Of a stretch of 64,000 nt of DNA, positions 19,826 to 30,572 are shown piece after piece. This stretch comes from a phage. Within the stretch, counting starts at the first letter, position 1, and the number at the start of each line of letters is the position of its first letter. The notes below the pieces were generated by a model. That model did not search any database and was not told the origin of the DNA. It saw nothing but the letters and a program-made list of their open reading frames with translations. The translations under genes and the position numbers were made by a program. The DNA lies in sequence record OZ346175.1, one strand, 5' to 3'.

Positions 19826-20153
19826 AGCAAAAAAGCTATCTTATGATGACATTATCTCAGGTGCTAAGTTAGGTGTTGATAGTATCGGACAAGATGTTAA
19901 GCACGGAGACACAGTCATGTACTGTGATGACCGAAGAGGTAGAAGTGCAATCTTGTTTGGAAGAATTGTTTGCAAGATGAGAGGTAATTACGTTGTTGCA
20001 GACATGGATGTGAACGTTACACAAAAACTTGAAGCAATTATGGATGCTAGCGCACCATCATGGTTCCTAAATTGTATGCACACCTCGTCAGTCACAAAAG
20101 TAAGTGATAAGTTTTACGATATGTGGCAGAATGAGCAAATTTTCAAGATTTAA
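19818..20153 (+). CDS. hypothetical protein
   Basis: 111-aa ORF followed by terminator. Confidence 0.45.
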   Translation: MSKAKKLSYDDIISGAKLGVDSIGQDVKHGDTVMYCDDRRGRSAILFGRIVCKMRGNYVVADMDVNVTQKLEAIMDASAPSWFLNCMHTSSVTKVSDKFYDMWQNEQIFKI

Positions 20154-20158
20154 ACTAG

Positions 20159-20183
20159 GGAGCCTCTTCGGAGGCTCTTTTCA
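20159..20183 (+). terminator. rho-independent terminator
   Basis: gggagcctc-ttcg-gaggctc hairpin followed by T-run. Confidence 0.6.
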
Positions 20184-20199
20184 TCTGTAGGATTCAAAA

Positions 20200-22434
20200 A
20201 TGATTAAGACAATTAAAAAATCAAACGGTACAGTAGTAAACTTTGACCCAGAAAGACTGAATAAGTGGGCATCATGGGCAGATAAGCGTGGGATTATCTG
20301 GTCAGAAGTCACTATGGAAGCTATGAAACGTGTCTATGAAGGTTGCACTACAAAAGAGATGCACCAAGCCATGATTGATGTTTGTGTTGATAAACAAACT
20401 CAAGAGTACTCAGACATGGCTGGACGGCTACTTCTGGGGATTATCTACAAAGAAGCCTTTGGAGGCTTTACTAAGGTTCCTATGCTGGTTACCTTCGTTA
20501 AAAATATGGAGAGAGCAGGACTTTGGGAGAAGATGGATTATTCACAGGAAGAGCTTGAATACCTGCAAGGTTACATCGTACACTCAAAAGATATCTCTTA
20601 CGGTTATGCAGTCTTGAAACAGTTCAGAGACAAGTATGGTATCCGTGATATTAAAACGGGAAGACTTTTTGAGTCACCACAATTTATGTTTATGGGTATG
20701 GCTATGAAAGCTTTTGAGAAGCAACCAAAGCACCGTAGACTGCAAGATGTTATCAAGCTGTACACTTATCTATCTGACCTGAAGATTAATGCTCCCACAC
20801 CTTATTTAAACGGTTTAAGAGCTACTAAATCAGGTTATGCGTCATGCTGTTTGATTAAGGCGAACGATACTGCTGAATCTCTAGGTATTGCTGCAAAGGT
20901 TGCCTATGACATGACCACAAAGCAAGCTGGTATTGGGATGCTGATGGAGACTCGCACTATTGGTGATGGCATCCGTCAAAATACTATTGAACACATGGGT
21001 AAGCTGCCTTATTATAAGCTTGTACGTTCATCTGTAGAGGCAAACAAACAGAAGAGTCGTGGTGGTTCAGCTAATAACTTCTACACTGCTCTAGACCCGC
21101 AGATTGAAGATTTACTGCGTTTGAAGCACCCTACAACGGTTCCTTCTAAACGTATTAATGAGATGGACTACTCATTCGGCACAAACGATTATTTCTGGCA
21201 GTGTGTTCAGTATGATACAGATTGGTTGCTATTCTCTTACAAAGATGCACCAAAACTCTATGACATGTTCTACACAGCATCTGCTGATGAGTTTGCTATG
21301 GCAGTTGGTCACGCAGTACATACAGGAGTTAAGCACAGACGAGTAAAGGCTCGTGAAATTGCTAAGCTGTTTATTCAACAGCGTTATGCTACAGGTCGTG
21401 TGTATCCATTCTTCACTAACAATGCAAACACACATACACCATTTAAAGAACCATTGAAGATGTCAAATCTTTGTATGGAAATTGTATTGCCAGTGTATGG
21501 TTTTGAGAAAGAGACAGACCTTTACAGAGACGATGCTGTGAAAGAGGATGGTGAGGTGGCTCTTTGCTTCCTAGCTAGTTTGGTTGCAGGGAGAATTTCA
21601 GAAGATGAATACGCTGACGTTGCTTATTATGCTCTTGCAATGGTTGACTCCGTTATTGACCTTATGGATTATCCGTATCCGTCGATGTGTAACCATGTTC
21701 AGAAGCGTCGTTCTGTTGGGATTGGCCTTACAAATGTGGCTCATTACCTTGCGAAGAACTACGTGAACTACTCTTCACGAGCAGGTAAAACGAAACTTCA
21801 TGAACTTGCAGAGATGCACTCTTACTATCTGCATGAAGCCTCTCTGAGACTTGCTAAAGAGCGTGGCGTTCCAGAGTACATGAAGTTCACTAAGTATCCT
21901 GAAGGCTGGGTTCCTCCAAAGACAGCTAACAAGAAGATTGATGAAAAGCATGATGCAAAACTACGATATGATTGGGATGACTTAGCACAACGTATCAAAG
22001 AAAATGGTGGAATCCGAAACTCTGTATTAGAAGCTTACATGCCTAATGAGAGTTCTTCACTAGCAACTAATACGACAAACGGCTTGTACCCAATTCGTGA
22101 CTTTATTTTAACTAAAAAGTCTGCAACCGGTAACGTACTGTTTATTGTTCCAGATTATGAAGAACTGAAGTATGTCTATGAAATTGCTTGGGATATTGAC
22201 ACCTTTGATATGATTGATTGTTATGCAATTGTTCAAAAGTTCACTGGTCAGGCTATCTCTTCAGACTTCTATGTTGACTATGCAAAGTCTAAGAAGGTAT
22301 CATTGGCTCAAGCTTTGAAGTACATGATTTATGCCAACTCGGTAGGTATGAAAACCATGTACTACCTTAACAGTCGCATTGGTGTAGGTAAATCTGCACT
22401 GCAAGATGCTTATTGCGAGGGTTGTGGTGTTTAG
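20200..22434 (+). CDS. nrdA: ribonucleotide reductase class I large subunit
   Basis: 744 aa; class I RNR large-subunit-like sequence; followed by small subunit and glutaredoxin genes. Confidence 0.9.
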   Translation: MIKTIKKSNGTVVNFDPERLNKWASWADKRGIIWSEVTMEAMKRVYEGCTTKEMHQAMIDVCVDKQTQEYSDMAGRLLLGIIYKEAFGGFTKVPMLVTFVKNMERAGLWEKMDYSQEELEYLQGYIVHSKDISYGYAVLKQFRDKYGIRDIKTGRLFESPQFMFMGMAMKAFEKQPKHRRLQDVIKLYTYLSDLKINAPTPYLNGLRATKSGYASCCLIKANDTAESLGIAAKVAYDMTTKQAGIGMLMETRTIGDGIRQNTIEHMGKLPYYKLVRSSVEANKQKSRGGSANNFYTALDPQIEDLLRLKHPTTVPSKRINEMDYSFGTNDYFWQCVQYDTDWLLFSYKDAPKLYDMFYTASADEFAMAVGHAVHTGVKHRRVKAREIAKLFIQQRYATGRVYPFFTNNANTHTPFKEPLKMSNLCMEIVLPVYGFEKETDLYRDDAVKEDGEVALCFLASLVAGRISEDEYADVAYYALAMVDSVIDLMDYPYPSMCNHVQKRRSVGIGLTNVAHYLAKNYVNYSSRAGKTKLHELAEMHSYYLHEASLRLAKERGVPEYMKFTKYPEGWVPPKTANKKIDEKHDAKLRYDWDDLAQRIKENGGIRNSVLEAYMPNESSSLATNTTNGLYPIRDFILTKKSATGNVLFIVPDYEELKYVYEIAWDIDTFDMIDCYAIVQKFTGQAISSDFYVDYAKSKKVSLAQALKYMIYANSVGMKTMYYLNSRIGVGKSALQDAYCEGCGV

Positions 22435-22489
22435 TTTTAATAACTATGAGGGTCGTAAAAGACCCTCTAAAAATAACTTTGGAGAGACC

Positions 22490-22747
22490 ATGAAAGATTT
22501 AATAGAAAAACATGAGCGACCTATATACTTGCTCCACAAGCCTCGGAAAACGATGTACTATGTGAGTAGCACAGACATGATGATAAAACAAAAGGATGAC
22601 TCATGGGTTGCTGGTATATCTTACATCTCTACAGCAGATGGTAAAATCTACGCAAGACCTTATGAGATGTTCAATGAAGAAAATTGGGAAGTTTTAGACA
22701 GAAAACAAGCCTTAGAAATGATAAAGAAAGGAGAAATCACACTATGA
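22490..22747 (+). CDS. hypothetical protein
   Basis: ORF 22406..22747 trimmed to Met preceded by GGAGAG; sits between nrdA and nrdB. Confidence 0.4.
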   Translation: MKDLIEKHERPIYLLHKPRKTMYYVSSTDMMIKQKDDSWVAGISYISTADGKIYARPYEMFNEENWEVLDRKQALEMIKKGEITL

Positions 22748-23817
22748 TTAACCAGTACCCAATCTTTTTAGGCGGTGAGAGAAAAACTTTTGACTCACTT
22801 AATAAGCACTACCCAAAAATCTTTGAACTTTATAAACAACAAAAAGCACAAGACTGGTCAGAAGATGAGTTCCCTTTTGAGCAATCACGTCTTGATTTTG
22901 AGAGTGTGCCAGCATCAATGTCAGGTGTAATGCTTGAGATTCTTAAGTGGCAGTGGGAAGCAGATACCCAAGTTGCTAAGAGCTTGGCATTCGCCTTTGC
23001 ACCATTCATCTCTGATGATATTTATGCAACTGCAATTATGAAGCAGTCTGAGATTGAAAACCTACATGCTCTAACTTACTCGGAGATTGTAAGGCAATGT
23101 ATTAAAAATCCTGAAACAATCTTAGATGAGATTAACCAGAACGTTGCTGTACAAGACCGATTAAAAACTGTGAATCGTGTTCTTGAAGAATTACTAGATG
23201 AAGGTATAAACTACCGACTGAGTTATGTCCGTGGCTCACTTCTGGACAAAGACCCTTTACACTTCCATAAAGTGATTCTGAAAGGTCTATTTGCAGTGAC
23301 TGCACTGGAAGGTATATCTTTTATGGCATCCTTTGCATGTACTTTTGCACTTGATGCTCAAGATAAATTTCAGGGTATTGCTCAAGCGGTACAGAAAATT
23401 ATGCTTGACGAAATCCTTCACACTAAAATTGATATTGAAGTTTTAAAAGAAACTTTAAGAGATGATGAGTGGCAGAAAGCTTTTCAACAAATTCTTCCAG
23501 AGATTAAAGTAATCTTAGATGAAGTAGTTGAAAGTGAAGAGAAATGGTCGTATTATATCTTCTCCGAAGGACGTGCTGTAGTTGGCTTAAATACAAAGCT
23601 TCTTCATGAGTGGGTTTACTATAATGCTGCCCCGCTGTATGACATGTTTGGCATTCAAAGAGATTTTGTAGCTCCTAAAGAACCACCTTTGAAGTACATG
23701 ATTAAGAAGATGGAAATTGATAAAGAGCAGAATGCTAATCAGGAGCAACAGAACGGTGCGTACCTGTTGAATACTGTTGTAGACGATTTGAATAGTGGAT
23801 TTTTAGAGGTTCCTTAA
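22744..23817 (+). CDS. nrdB: ribonucleotide reductase class I small subunit
   Basis: 357 aa from internal Met (MINQYPIFLGG) with ATGA overlap to upstream ORF; ferritin-like RNR small-subunit sequence. Confidence 0.85.
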   Translation: MINQYPIFLGGERKTFDSLNKHYPKIFELYKQQKAQDWSEDEFPFEQSRLDFESVPASMSGVMLEILKWQWEADTQVAKSLAFAFAPFISDDIYATAIMKQSEIENLHALTYSEIVRQCIKNPETILDEINQNVAVQDRLKTVNRVLEELLDEGINYRLSYVRGSLLDKDPLHFHKVILKGLFAVTALEGISFMASFACTFALDAQDKFQGIAQAVQKIMLDEILHTKIDIEVLKETLRDDEWQKAFQQILPEIKVILDEVVESEEKWSYYIFSEGRAVVGLNTKLLHEWVYYNAAPLYDMFGIQRDFVAPKEPPLKYMIKKMEIDKEQNANQEQQNGAYLLNTVVDDLNSGFLEVP

Positions 23818-24059
23818 TGACTTATGTAATTTACTCCAAAACTGGATGCCCTCAGTGTGAGACTGCAAAGAATTTTGCAAAAGTTCGTGGTATTGACCAC
23901 GTTGTGAGAATGTTAGGGCAGGATTATGAGCTATCAGACCTGATGGATATTGCACAGATGCCAGTTCGTCAGATGCCATTCATCATGAAAACTGATGGAC
24001 AAAACCTAAAACCTGTTGGTACGCTACAGAATTTTATGGCAGAGGTGAATAATGCTTAA
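23817..24059 (+). CDS. glutaredoxin-like protein
   Basis: 80 aa; CPQC active-site motif near N-terminus; downstream of nrdAB. Confidence 0.7.
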   Translation: MTYVIYSKTGCPQCETAKNFAKVRGIDHVVRMLGQDYELSDLMDIAQMPVRQMPFIMKTDGQNLKPVGTLQNFMAEVNNA

Positions 24060-24258
24060 ACGCCTTTGGGAAGGTTTGGTTGTTGATGCACCAGCTATTG
24101 TGATTGGTATGCTTATTGTTAACCTATTTACTGACTTTGAACAAGGTTCATTGTTTGGAGCCATGTTACTATGGGTTATCTTTGAAATATTAGAGATACA
24201 GTTAGGTATCACTGAAAAACTAAGAGAACTCTTTGCGAAGTTTTCTAAAAAGATTTAA
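24052..24258 (+). CDS. hypothetical small membrane protein
   Basis: 68 aa, hydrophobic. Confidence 0.35.
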   Translation: MLKRLWEGLVVDAPAIVIGMLIVNLFTDFEQGSLFGAMLLWVIFEILEIQLGITEKLRELFAKFSKKI

Positions 24259-24265
24259 AATGAAA

Positions 24266-24286
24266 GGGTCTCTTCGGAGACCTTTT
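24266..24286 (+). terminator. rho-independent terminator
   Basis: gggtctc-ttcg-gagacc hairpin followed by T-run. Confidence 0.55.
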
Positions 24287-24306
24287 TAGCATGTAAAGGG
24301 GCAATA

Positions 24307-26451
24307 ATGAACAAAGTACAGATTATTAAAAAGAATGGCTCACTCGAAGAACCTGATATCAAAAAAGTTTTAGCAGCAGTCACAAAGTCAGCTAATAGGG
24401 TTGGGTATAAAGAACTTCCACCAGATGTTACCCAAGCTCTTGAGTCAGCATTTATGAGGATTCTGGTAAAATCTACTAAGCAGAATAATTTACTCATTTC
24501 AGTAAATGATATTCACAGTATTGTTGAGGGTGCTTTGGCAGAAGTCAATCACGAGATTTATGAGTCTTACTCAACATATAGAAATTACCGTAAAGAGGTT
24601 GCTCAAAATTGGGACGAGCTTTACCAAAAGACTAGGGATACACTCTTCTTAGGTGACCGTGAAAATGCTAACTTTGACAGTAGTTTAATTTCTACAAAAG
24701 GCTCAATTATTCGTGGTTACTTGACTAAAGAAATCTTTAAACAGTACCATTTAACACCAGAGGAACTTGAAGCCATTGAAAAAGGGTTTATCTACATCCA
24801 TGACTTAAGAGACCTAATTTTTGGTGGTATCAACTGTTGCCTGTTTGACATCGGCAAAGTACTGAAAGGTGGCTTTGAAATGTCTGGTATCGAATATTGT
24901 GAACCAAAGTCTGTGCTGTCAGCCTTACAGGTTATTGGTGATGTAGTTCTTTCAGCAACTGCACAGCAATTTGGTGGCTTTACTTTAGCAGAGATTGATA
25001 AGGTACTTGTGCCGTATGCTAAAAAATCTTTAGTGTACCACTCAGAGAAAGCTGAAGAGTACGGAATCCCTAAAGAGCAACACTATAATTACGTAATGGA
25101 GCAATTACAGAATGAGTTAACACAAGGTTTCCAATCTCTTGAAATGAAACTCAACACTGTTCCTTGCAGTCGCGGTGATTTTGCATTTACTACTCTGACA
25201 TTTGGCCTGTTGGAACCAGATATGCACAATGAAGATAACCGTCTTCAGTTTATGATTGCTAATACAATCCTTAATGTAAGGATGAACGGGCAAGGGAAAA
25301 GCAAAAAACCTGTTGTTTTTCCTAAACTTGTGTATATCTATGAAGAGACAAGACATAAACTTGATGTATGCCAAGCAAGGTTGTTTGAAAAAGCTATTGA
25401 GTGTTGCTCTAAAGCGATGTATCCAGATTTCTTAAGTGTATCTGGTCATGGTGCTGTAGCAGATGCTTTTGAGCGTTCTGGTAAGGTGATTTCACCGATG
25501 GGTTGCAGAGCTTTCTTGTCTCCATATCTTAACGAGAATGGGGAAGAGTTCTATGTAGGTCGTGCTAACATTGGTGCTGTATCTTTGAACTTGCCAATGA
25601 TTTACCAGTATTCTAAAGAGAATGGTTTAGATTTCTGGAAAGAGCTTGATAAGTACCTAGAGATGATTCGCAGCTTCCACAAGAAACGCTACGAAATGAT
25701 TGCTAATATGCCAGCAAGCTCTAACCCTCTTGCATTCACACAAGGTGGCCTGTACAAAGGGACTAAGAAATCTACCGACAAGGTTGGCTGGGATATCGTG
25801 AAGTCCTTCACAGCTTCTTTTGGAGTTACTGCGCTTGATGAGCTATCTGTTCTTGCTGAAGGTAAACGACTTCATGAAGTTGGGAGCTATAGTTTTGCAT
25901 ACGATGTTCTGGCATACATCAACATGAAGACTGAAGAGTTTAAAAATGAAGATGGCTTCTTATATGCAGTCTATGGCACTCCAGCAGAATCACTTTGTGG
26001 AACTCAGCTAAAACAGTTCAGAGATATGTTTGGCGTTATCAAAGGCGTTTCTGACAAGGAATACTTTACAAACAGTTTCCATATGAATGTTGCAGCAGAT
26101 ATTACACCATTTGAGAAGCAGGACTTAGAAGAGCCATTCTTCCATATCTGTAGAGGTGGCAGAATCCAGTATGTCAGGGTAGCTAACCCAGAAAACTTAA
26201 CAGCACTTAAGAGTTGTATTACAAGAGGGATGTTGAAAGGTTTTTATCAGGGACTTAACTTTGACCTAGCAATTTGTGAGCATTGTGGTAGCAGACCAAA
26301 GGCTGATGTTGAAGAATGTGAGGTTTGCCATTCACATGATATCTCTGTGATTAACAGGGTGTGTGGGTATCTTGGGTGGACTAAGATTAAAGGTGAATCA
26401 CGAATGAACGATGCAAAAATTGCTGAGATTCGTGATAGAGTCTCTATGTAA
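24307..26451 (+). CDS. nrdD: anaerobic ribonucleotide reductase (class III)
   Basis: 714 aa; C-terminal Cys4 cluster (CEHCGS...CEVC) and glycyl-radical motif RVCGYLG. Confidence 0.9.
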   Translation: MNKVQIIKKNGSLEEPDIKKVLAAVTKSANRVGYKELPPDVTQALESAFMRILVKSTKQNNLLISVNDIHSIVEGALAEVNHEIYESYSTYRNYRKEVAQNWDELYQKTRDTLFLGDRENANFDSSLISTKGSIIRGYLTKEIFKQYHLTPEELEAIEKGFIYIHDLRDLIFGGINCCLFDIGKVLKGGFEMSGIEYCEPKSVLSALQVIGDVVLSATAQQFGGFTLAEIDKVLVPYAKKSLVYHSEKAEEYGIPKEQHYNYVMEQLQNELTQGFQSLEMKLNTVPCSRGDFAFTTLTFGLLEPDMHNEDNRLQFMIANTILNVRMNGQGKSKKPVVFPKLVYIYEETRHKLDVCQARLFEKAIECCSKAMYPDFLSVSGHGAVADAFERSGKVISPMGCRAFLSPYLNENGEEFYVGRANIGAVSLNLPMIYQYSKENGLDFWKELDKYLEMIRSFHKKRYEMIANMPASSNPLAFTQGGLYKGTKKSTDKVGWDIVKSFTASFGVTALDELSVLAEGKRLHEVGSYSFAYDVLAYINMKTEEFKNEDGFLYAVYGTPAESLCGTQLKQFRDMFGVIKGVSDKEYFTNSFHMNVAADITPFEKQDLEEPFFHICRGGRIQYVRVANPENLTALKSCITRGMLKGFYQGLNFDLAICEHCGSRPKADVEECEVCHSHDISVINRVCGYLGWTKIKGESRMNDAKIAEIRDRVSM

Positions 26452-26604
26452 AACTTGACAAGGTGGTGTGGGTCTTGGTAGGCTTACATCACCTTTTTAT
26501 TGGGTGTTAGATATGGCAGATAGTATTGTTGGGTTGTTCATAGGTTCTGTCTTACTAGGGTTCTTTTTAGGACTCTCCTATTGTGAGTTGAGAGATAAGT
26601 TAAA

Positions 26605-26805
26605 ATGTTTAAAATACCAAAAACGTTGATACACATACTCCACATACTAATCTTCTTCTTTGGGGTTAGTGTTATGGTATGGGGTTTTTCAGACCCACAA
26701 TGGAGTTTCGCATATCATGGTCAGATGGATTTATGGTCATGCTTCAAACCATTTTTAGGGTTAGCTATAGCATTCAGTGCATTGCCAACTAAGGTGAAAT
26801 TATGA
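26605..26805 (+). CDS. hypothetical small membrane protein
   Basis: 66 aa, two hydrophobic segments. Confidence 0.4.
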   Translation: MFKIPKTLIHILHILIFFFGVSVMVWGFSDPQWSFAYHGQMDLWSCFKPFLGLAIAFSALPTKVKL

Positions 26806-27197
26806 TTAAGTTGAACAAAAAACAGTTAGAGTGGATTAAAGATTACGCCTCAGAGTGTGGCTCTTGCGAAAAGAGTCACGTAAGATATTCAATATTCCAT
26901 ACAACCTTCACATTGTATATCAGTGACAACGTTCTAAGTGATTCCGTAGAAGACGGTGTAGCATTAACTAATGAGTTACTTGATAAACTAGCTGTAGTCA
27001 CTGGAACTTGGTCTGAAGAAGACGGTCATGAATTATCTGACAATGTTGTCTTCTACACCATTGAAAACATTATGAACCCAGAGTATATTGCACTCATGAC
27101 TTGTGCACAAGACTGTGTGCTCTTACAAGACTTCATTAAAGAGCACTGTGAAGAGTTTATTACTAAATATGTTCCTTGTCAGGTGGTGTTTGAATGA
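26802..27197 (+). CDS. hypothetical protein
   Basis: 131-aa ORF with ATGA overlap. Confidence 0.45.
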   Translation: MIKLNKKQLEWIKDYASECGSCEKSHVRYSIFHTTFTLYISDNVLSDSVEDGVALTNELLDKLAVVTGTWSEEDGHELSDNVVFYTIENIMNPEYIALMTCAQDCVLLQDFIKEHCEEFITKYVPCQVVFE

Positions 27198-27493
27198 GTA
27201 AAACAATTCGAAGAAAAGGTTTAAAGAACGTTCACGGACTCTATGAGTGGAGAAATGAGGTACGTAACAGAGAAAATGCTTCAGATGTCTACTTCCATTC
27301 TGATATGATGTCCAGAAAAGGTGGCTCTTATGACTTTACAAGTCAGCCTTGTAGAGAGATTAAGAAGGTTACTAAACGTCTTACAAGAACACAAATCAGG
27401 CAGCTTTCTAAGACATCCTTCTTAGATGAGGACTTTGACATTGACAGCAAGTCTCCAAAGAAAGCTGCTCAGAACACTTATATGTATTGGTGA
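27194..27493 (+). CDS. hypothetical protein
   Basis: 99-aa basic ORF. Confidence 0.45.
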   Translation: MSKTIRRKGLKNVHGLYEWRNEVRNRENASDVYFHSDMMSRKGGSYDFTSQPCREIKKVTKRLTRTQIRQLSKTSFLDEDFDIDSKSPKKAAQNTYMYW

Positions 27494-27502
27494 GGTAACT
27501 AG

Positions 27503-27988
27503 ATGAATTACATGGAGATTAGGCCATTTGACACAGCTAATGGTGAAGGGGTTCGTGTAAGCCTCTTTGTAGCTGGTTGTAAGCATCACTGTGAAGGCTG
27601 CTTCAACAGGGAGTCTTGGAAGTTTAATGCTGGTAAAGAGTTTACTTATGCAAACCTCTACGGCATCATTAAGTTAATGGATGATGAGGCCATAAGTGGA
27701 TTATCAATACTCGGTGGAGAACCTCTGGATGATAGAAATATTCGAGAGGTCACCAACATTTGTAAACGTATTAAAACTGTTTACCCAGAAAAGTCTATCT
27801 GGCTCTGGACAGGTTTTCAGTTACACGAAAAAATTCACTTAGATGTGATGAAATATGTTGACGTAGTGATTGATGGTAAGTATGATTCATCTAAACCAAC
27901 AGTTAAACCTTATCGTGGTTCTGATAACCAAACCCTCTGGAGAAAAGAGTATGGGTGGCAAGGTGATTGTCAATGGCGAGCAGAATGA
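27503..27988 (+). CDS. nrdG: anaerobic ribonucleotide reductase activating protein
   Basis: 161 aa; radical-SAM Cys cluster GCKHHCEGC near N-terminus. Confidence 0.85.
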   Translation: MNYMEIRPFDTANGEGVRVSLFVAGCKHHCEGCFNRESWKFNAGKEFTYANLYGIIKLMDDEAISGLSILGGEPLDDRNIREVTNICKRIKTVYPEKSIWLWTGFQLHEKIHLDVMKYVDVVIDGKYDSSKPTVKPYRGSDNQTLWRKEYGWQGDCQWRAE

Positions 27989-28226
27989 TTATTCTGGCAA
28001 GTGGACTTACGACATCAACAAGTTAGATGCTTGGATGATTTATACAAGAGAAAAATTTGGCGAACGTTCATTATGTGCTCTTGCAACAATGGTGAAGAAC
28101 GTTACCTTTGTCATTCATGAATCAGATAAGTTTGGAGACTTCTACAGGATTCAAAACATTAGAGAAGGTATAACTCCAATCGGTATCACTGAAGAAGAAC
28201 TCCATAAGTTCTGTATTAAACTTTAA
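27951..28226 (+). CDS. hypothetical protein
   Basis: ORF 27870..28226 trimmed to internal Met; overlaps end of nrdG in another frame. Confidence 0.4.
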   Translation: MGGKVIVNGEQNDYSGKWTYDINKLDAWMIYTREKFGERSLCALATMVKNVTFVIHESDKFGDFYRIQNIREGITPIGITEEELHKFCIKL

Positions 28227-28241
28227 TGAGAGAGACTAAAA

Positions 28242-28508
28242 ATGGGAATTTTAGGTAATATGAAAGCTGGCTTCTTGAAGGCACTGGCAAAAGCAGCAGC
28301 AATCATTTCTATGACTGGAAAGCAGGTTGGTGTAGATGCTTCAGCAATTGCACAGGTTCTTGCAAGCCAAATTGAACAGCAGCCTTACATCCACGTTGGA
28401 CGTGGCAAAGGTGGTAAGAAACAAGCACATCGACCAACTGGTGCAGCAGCAATTAAACGTGCAGCTAAAAAAGCTCGTAACCGTAAACGTAATAAGAAGG
28501 CTAAATAA
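28242..28508 (+). CDS. hypothetical protein with basic C-terminal tail
   Basis: 88 aa; Lys/Arg-rich C-terminus (KRAAKKARNRKRNKKAK). Confidence 0.45.
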   Translation: MGILGNMKAGFLKALAKAAAIISMTGKQVGVDASAIAQVLASQIEQQPYIHVGRGKGGKKQAHRPTGAAAIKRAAKKARNRKRNKKAK

Positions 28509-28510
28509 TC

Positions 28511-28831
28511 ATGAGCAAAGTTTATAACACTCGTAAATTACAGATTTTCGTACTGTGCCAGTTTATGGCTAAAGAGTATAACTACTACTACTGTGGTACA
28601 GGGTTCATCAGCGATGATGACGGTTCATACCTACCATTTAAAGAAGCTGTGAAGCTCTTTAATGAAGAGAAAAACTCTAAGAAAGATATTGAAAAGGTTA
28701 AGCTAACCTACAGCAAGAAAGATAAGAAGATTATCTGCCTAGATAACTTTGTAAAAGTTACTGGAGAAGCAAAAGAGTTTATGGATGAGAGTGAGATTTC
28801 ATTCACAAGCATCTTGAAAGTAGCTCAGTAA
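28511..28831 (+). CDS. hypothetical protein
   Basis: 106-aa ORF followed by terminator. Confidence 0.45.
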   Translation: MSKVYNTRKLQIFVLCQFMAKEYNYYYCGTGFISDDDGSYLPFKEAVKLFNEEKNSKKDIEKVKLTYSKKDKKIICLDNFVKVTGEAKEFMDESEISFTSILKVAQ

Positions 28832-28844
28832 ACAGATACTATAA

Positions 28845-28868
28845 GGGAACTGTAAAGGTTCCCTTTTT
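28845..28868 (+). terminator. rho-independent terminator
   Basis: gggaac-loop-gttccc hairpin followed by T-run. Confidence 0.55.
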
Positions 28869-28882
28869 ATTTTGGAGATAAT

Positions 28883-29398
28883 ATGTACCTGTCAAATCTG
28901 AAACGTTCTGCTGCAATGTCAGTGTTAAGACTCAGTTTTGAGGAACGTCAAGAGTTCATTGACTCCCACCAATACGACCCTTCTAACTCCAATCACATGA
29001 TTCTCTGGAATCGTGACAGTACTCGTGAAAGAGCACTATTCCGTTACTACCCACATTACACCATAGACAAATTGTATGAATGTTTTGTTGTGAAGAACAC
29101 CATTACAGTACTCAATAAACTTTGCAGATACACAGGTAGTCAATCCTTCACATTAGGCCACCACAAACCCGTTACAAAGGGTGGTGAGCATCACTGTGCA
29201 AACTGGTTTATCCAGACTAAACTTGATAACCAGAAGCAAGGGGATAACCTCCTAAGCACACCTAAGATGACCTATGAAGAGCAAGAGAAATATATCAAAA
29301 ATAATATGCCAGATGTGCTTGACAACAACTATACAGATTTGGCAATATCTCTCCTGTTGAAGTTCGAGACAGTTTATAGGGCAACTTACAATGGCTAA
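28883..29398 (+). CDS. putative HNH endonuclease
   Basis: HNH-like segment LGHHKPVTKGGEHHCANW. Confidence 0.5.
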   Translation: MYLSNLKRSAAMSVLRLSFEERQEFIDSHQYDPSNSNHMILWNRDSTRERALFRYYPHYTIDKLYECFVVKNTITVLNKLCRYTGSQSFTLGHHKPVTKGGEHHCANWFIQTKLDNQKQGDNLLSTPKMTYEEQEKYIKNNMPDVLDNNYTDLAISLLLKFETVYRATYNG

Positions 29399-29669
29399 AG
29401 AGAAGTGGGAGATTTTACCATTAGTCAGTGAAGGCGGTAATGGTTGTGAAATGTACATGATACGTGGGCATGTTCCAGAACCAATTGCACTTGAGATGGT
29501 AAACAACTTTACAGATGGCTCTTACAAAGACTTAGGGGAGCCAAATATAAAGCAGCAATGGGTAAAGCCTGTACCAGACAGCACAGGTAACTGTAGTGTA
29601 CTTTATCACGTTGTAGACCCTGCAAAATGCAAATCTGCAATGGCAGTAACAAACGTAACTTTTGATTGA
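29391..29669 (+). CDS. hypothetical protein
   Basis: 92-aa ORF. Confidence 0.4.
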   Translation: MAKEKWEILPLVSEGGNGCEMYMIRGHVPEPIALEMVNNFTDGSYKDLGEPNIKQQWVKPVPDSTGNCSVLYHVVDPAKCKSAMAVTNVTFD

Positions 29670-29680
29670 GAGAGAAAACT

Positions 29681-30562
29681 ATGAAAACTGTTATTGAAGC
29701 CGTCGTCACCGCTCAAGAGAAATTCTTCCACACAGAAAAATTTAATATCATTCAATTCCCATCTGGAGAGATTGGTGGAAACTTCTCTGAAGATTTTGTT
29801 AAGTTTACTGAGCGTAATGCTGGTAAGATTGATAATGTTATAATTACTGTACAGGGATATGACAAAGATACACTGTTTGCATTAGCTTTGGCTAAGGATG
29901 CCGTTGACAGTCTTGTTCCCCAGAAATCAGCGATGAAAACCGTTGTTTTCGGGTTCTTACCAAATGCTCGATATGACCGCCACATGTTCAAAGGTGATGC
30001 AGCAGCACTGAAAGTCTTTGCCAACCTAGTTAATGCAATGGGTTTTGATGCAGTATGTGCTCTTGACCCTCACAGTAATGTTGCAGAAAACTTATTTAAG
30101 TGCTTTCAAAGCATGAAGCAAAAAGATGTGGCAGTACACTTTGCAAGTGACCCACGCATTGATTTCTTGGTAGCCCCAGATGCAGGTGCAGCTAAGAAGA
30201 CTGAAGATACCGCTAAAGAGGTGGATAAACCGTATATCACAATGTCTAAGGTGCGCAATCTTAAGACTGGAGAAATCACTGGTATGCGAATCCTTGACGA
30301 TGTTGATTTGACCGATAAAACTGTCATGATTCTTGATGATATCTGTGATGGTGGTCGAACCTTCGTAGAGGCAGCTAAACACCTACGTGAAGCAGGTGCA
30401 AAACGTGTGGAACTCTATGTAACTCATGGTATTTTCTCTAAAGGTGTTGAAAACTTGCTTGACAACGGTATTGACCATATCTACACTACAAACACTTTAG
30501 GTGAAGCTAAAGACCGTGGCTTAACACATTACGCCCAAGTTACTGTAGCAACCATTGATTGA
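29681..30562 (+). CDS. prs: ribose-phosphate pyrophosphokinase (PRPP synthetase)-like protein
   Basis: PRPP-binding motif MILDDICDGGRTF and ALDPHS segment; start set at MKTVIEAV; directly upstream of NAMPT. Confidence 0.6.
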   Translation: MKTVIEAVVTAQEKFFHTEKFNIIQFPSGEIGGNFSEDFVKFTERNAGKIDNVIITVQGYDKDTLFALALAKDAVDSLVPQKSAMKTVVFGFLPNARYDRHMFKGDAAALKVFANLVNAMGFDAVCALDPHSNVAENLFKCFQSMKQKDVAVHFASDPRIDFLVAPDAGAAKKTEDTAKEVDKPYITMSKVRNLKTGEITGMRILDDVDLTDKTVMILDDICDGGRTFVEAAKHLREAGAKRVELYVTHGIFSKGVENLLDNGIDHIYTTNTLGEAKDRGLTHYAQVTVATID

Positions 30563-30572
30563 AACTTTATAG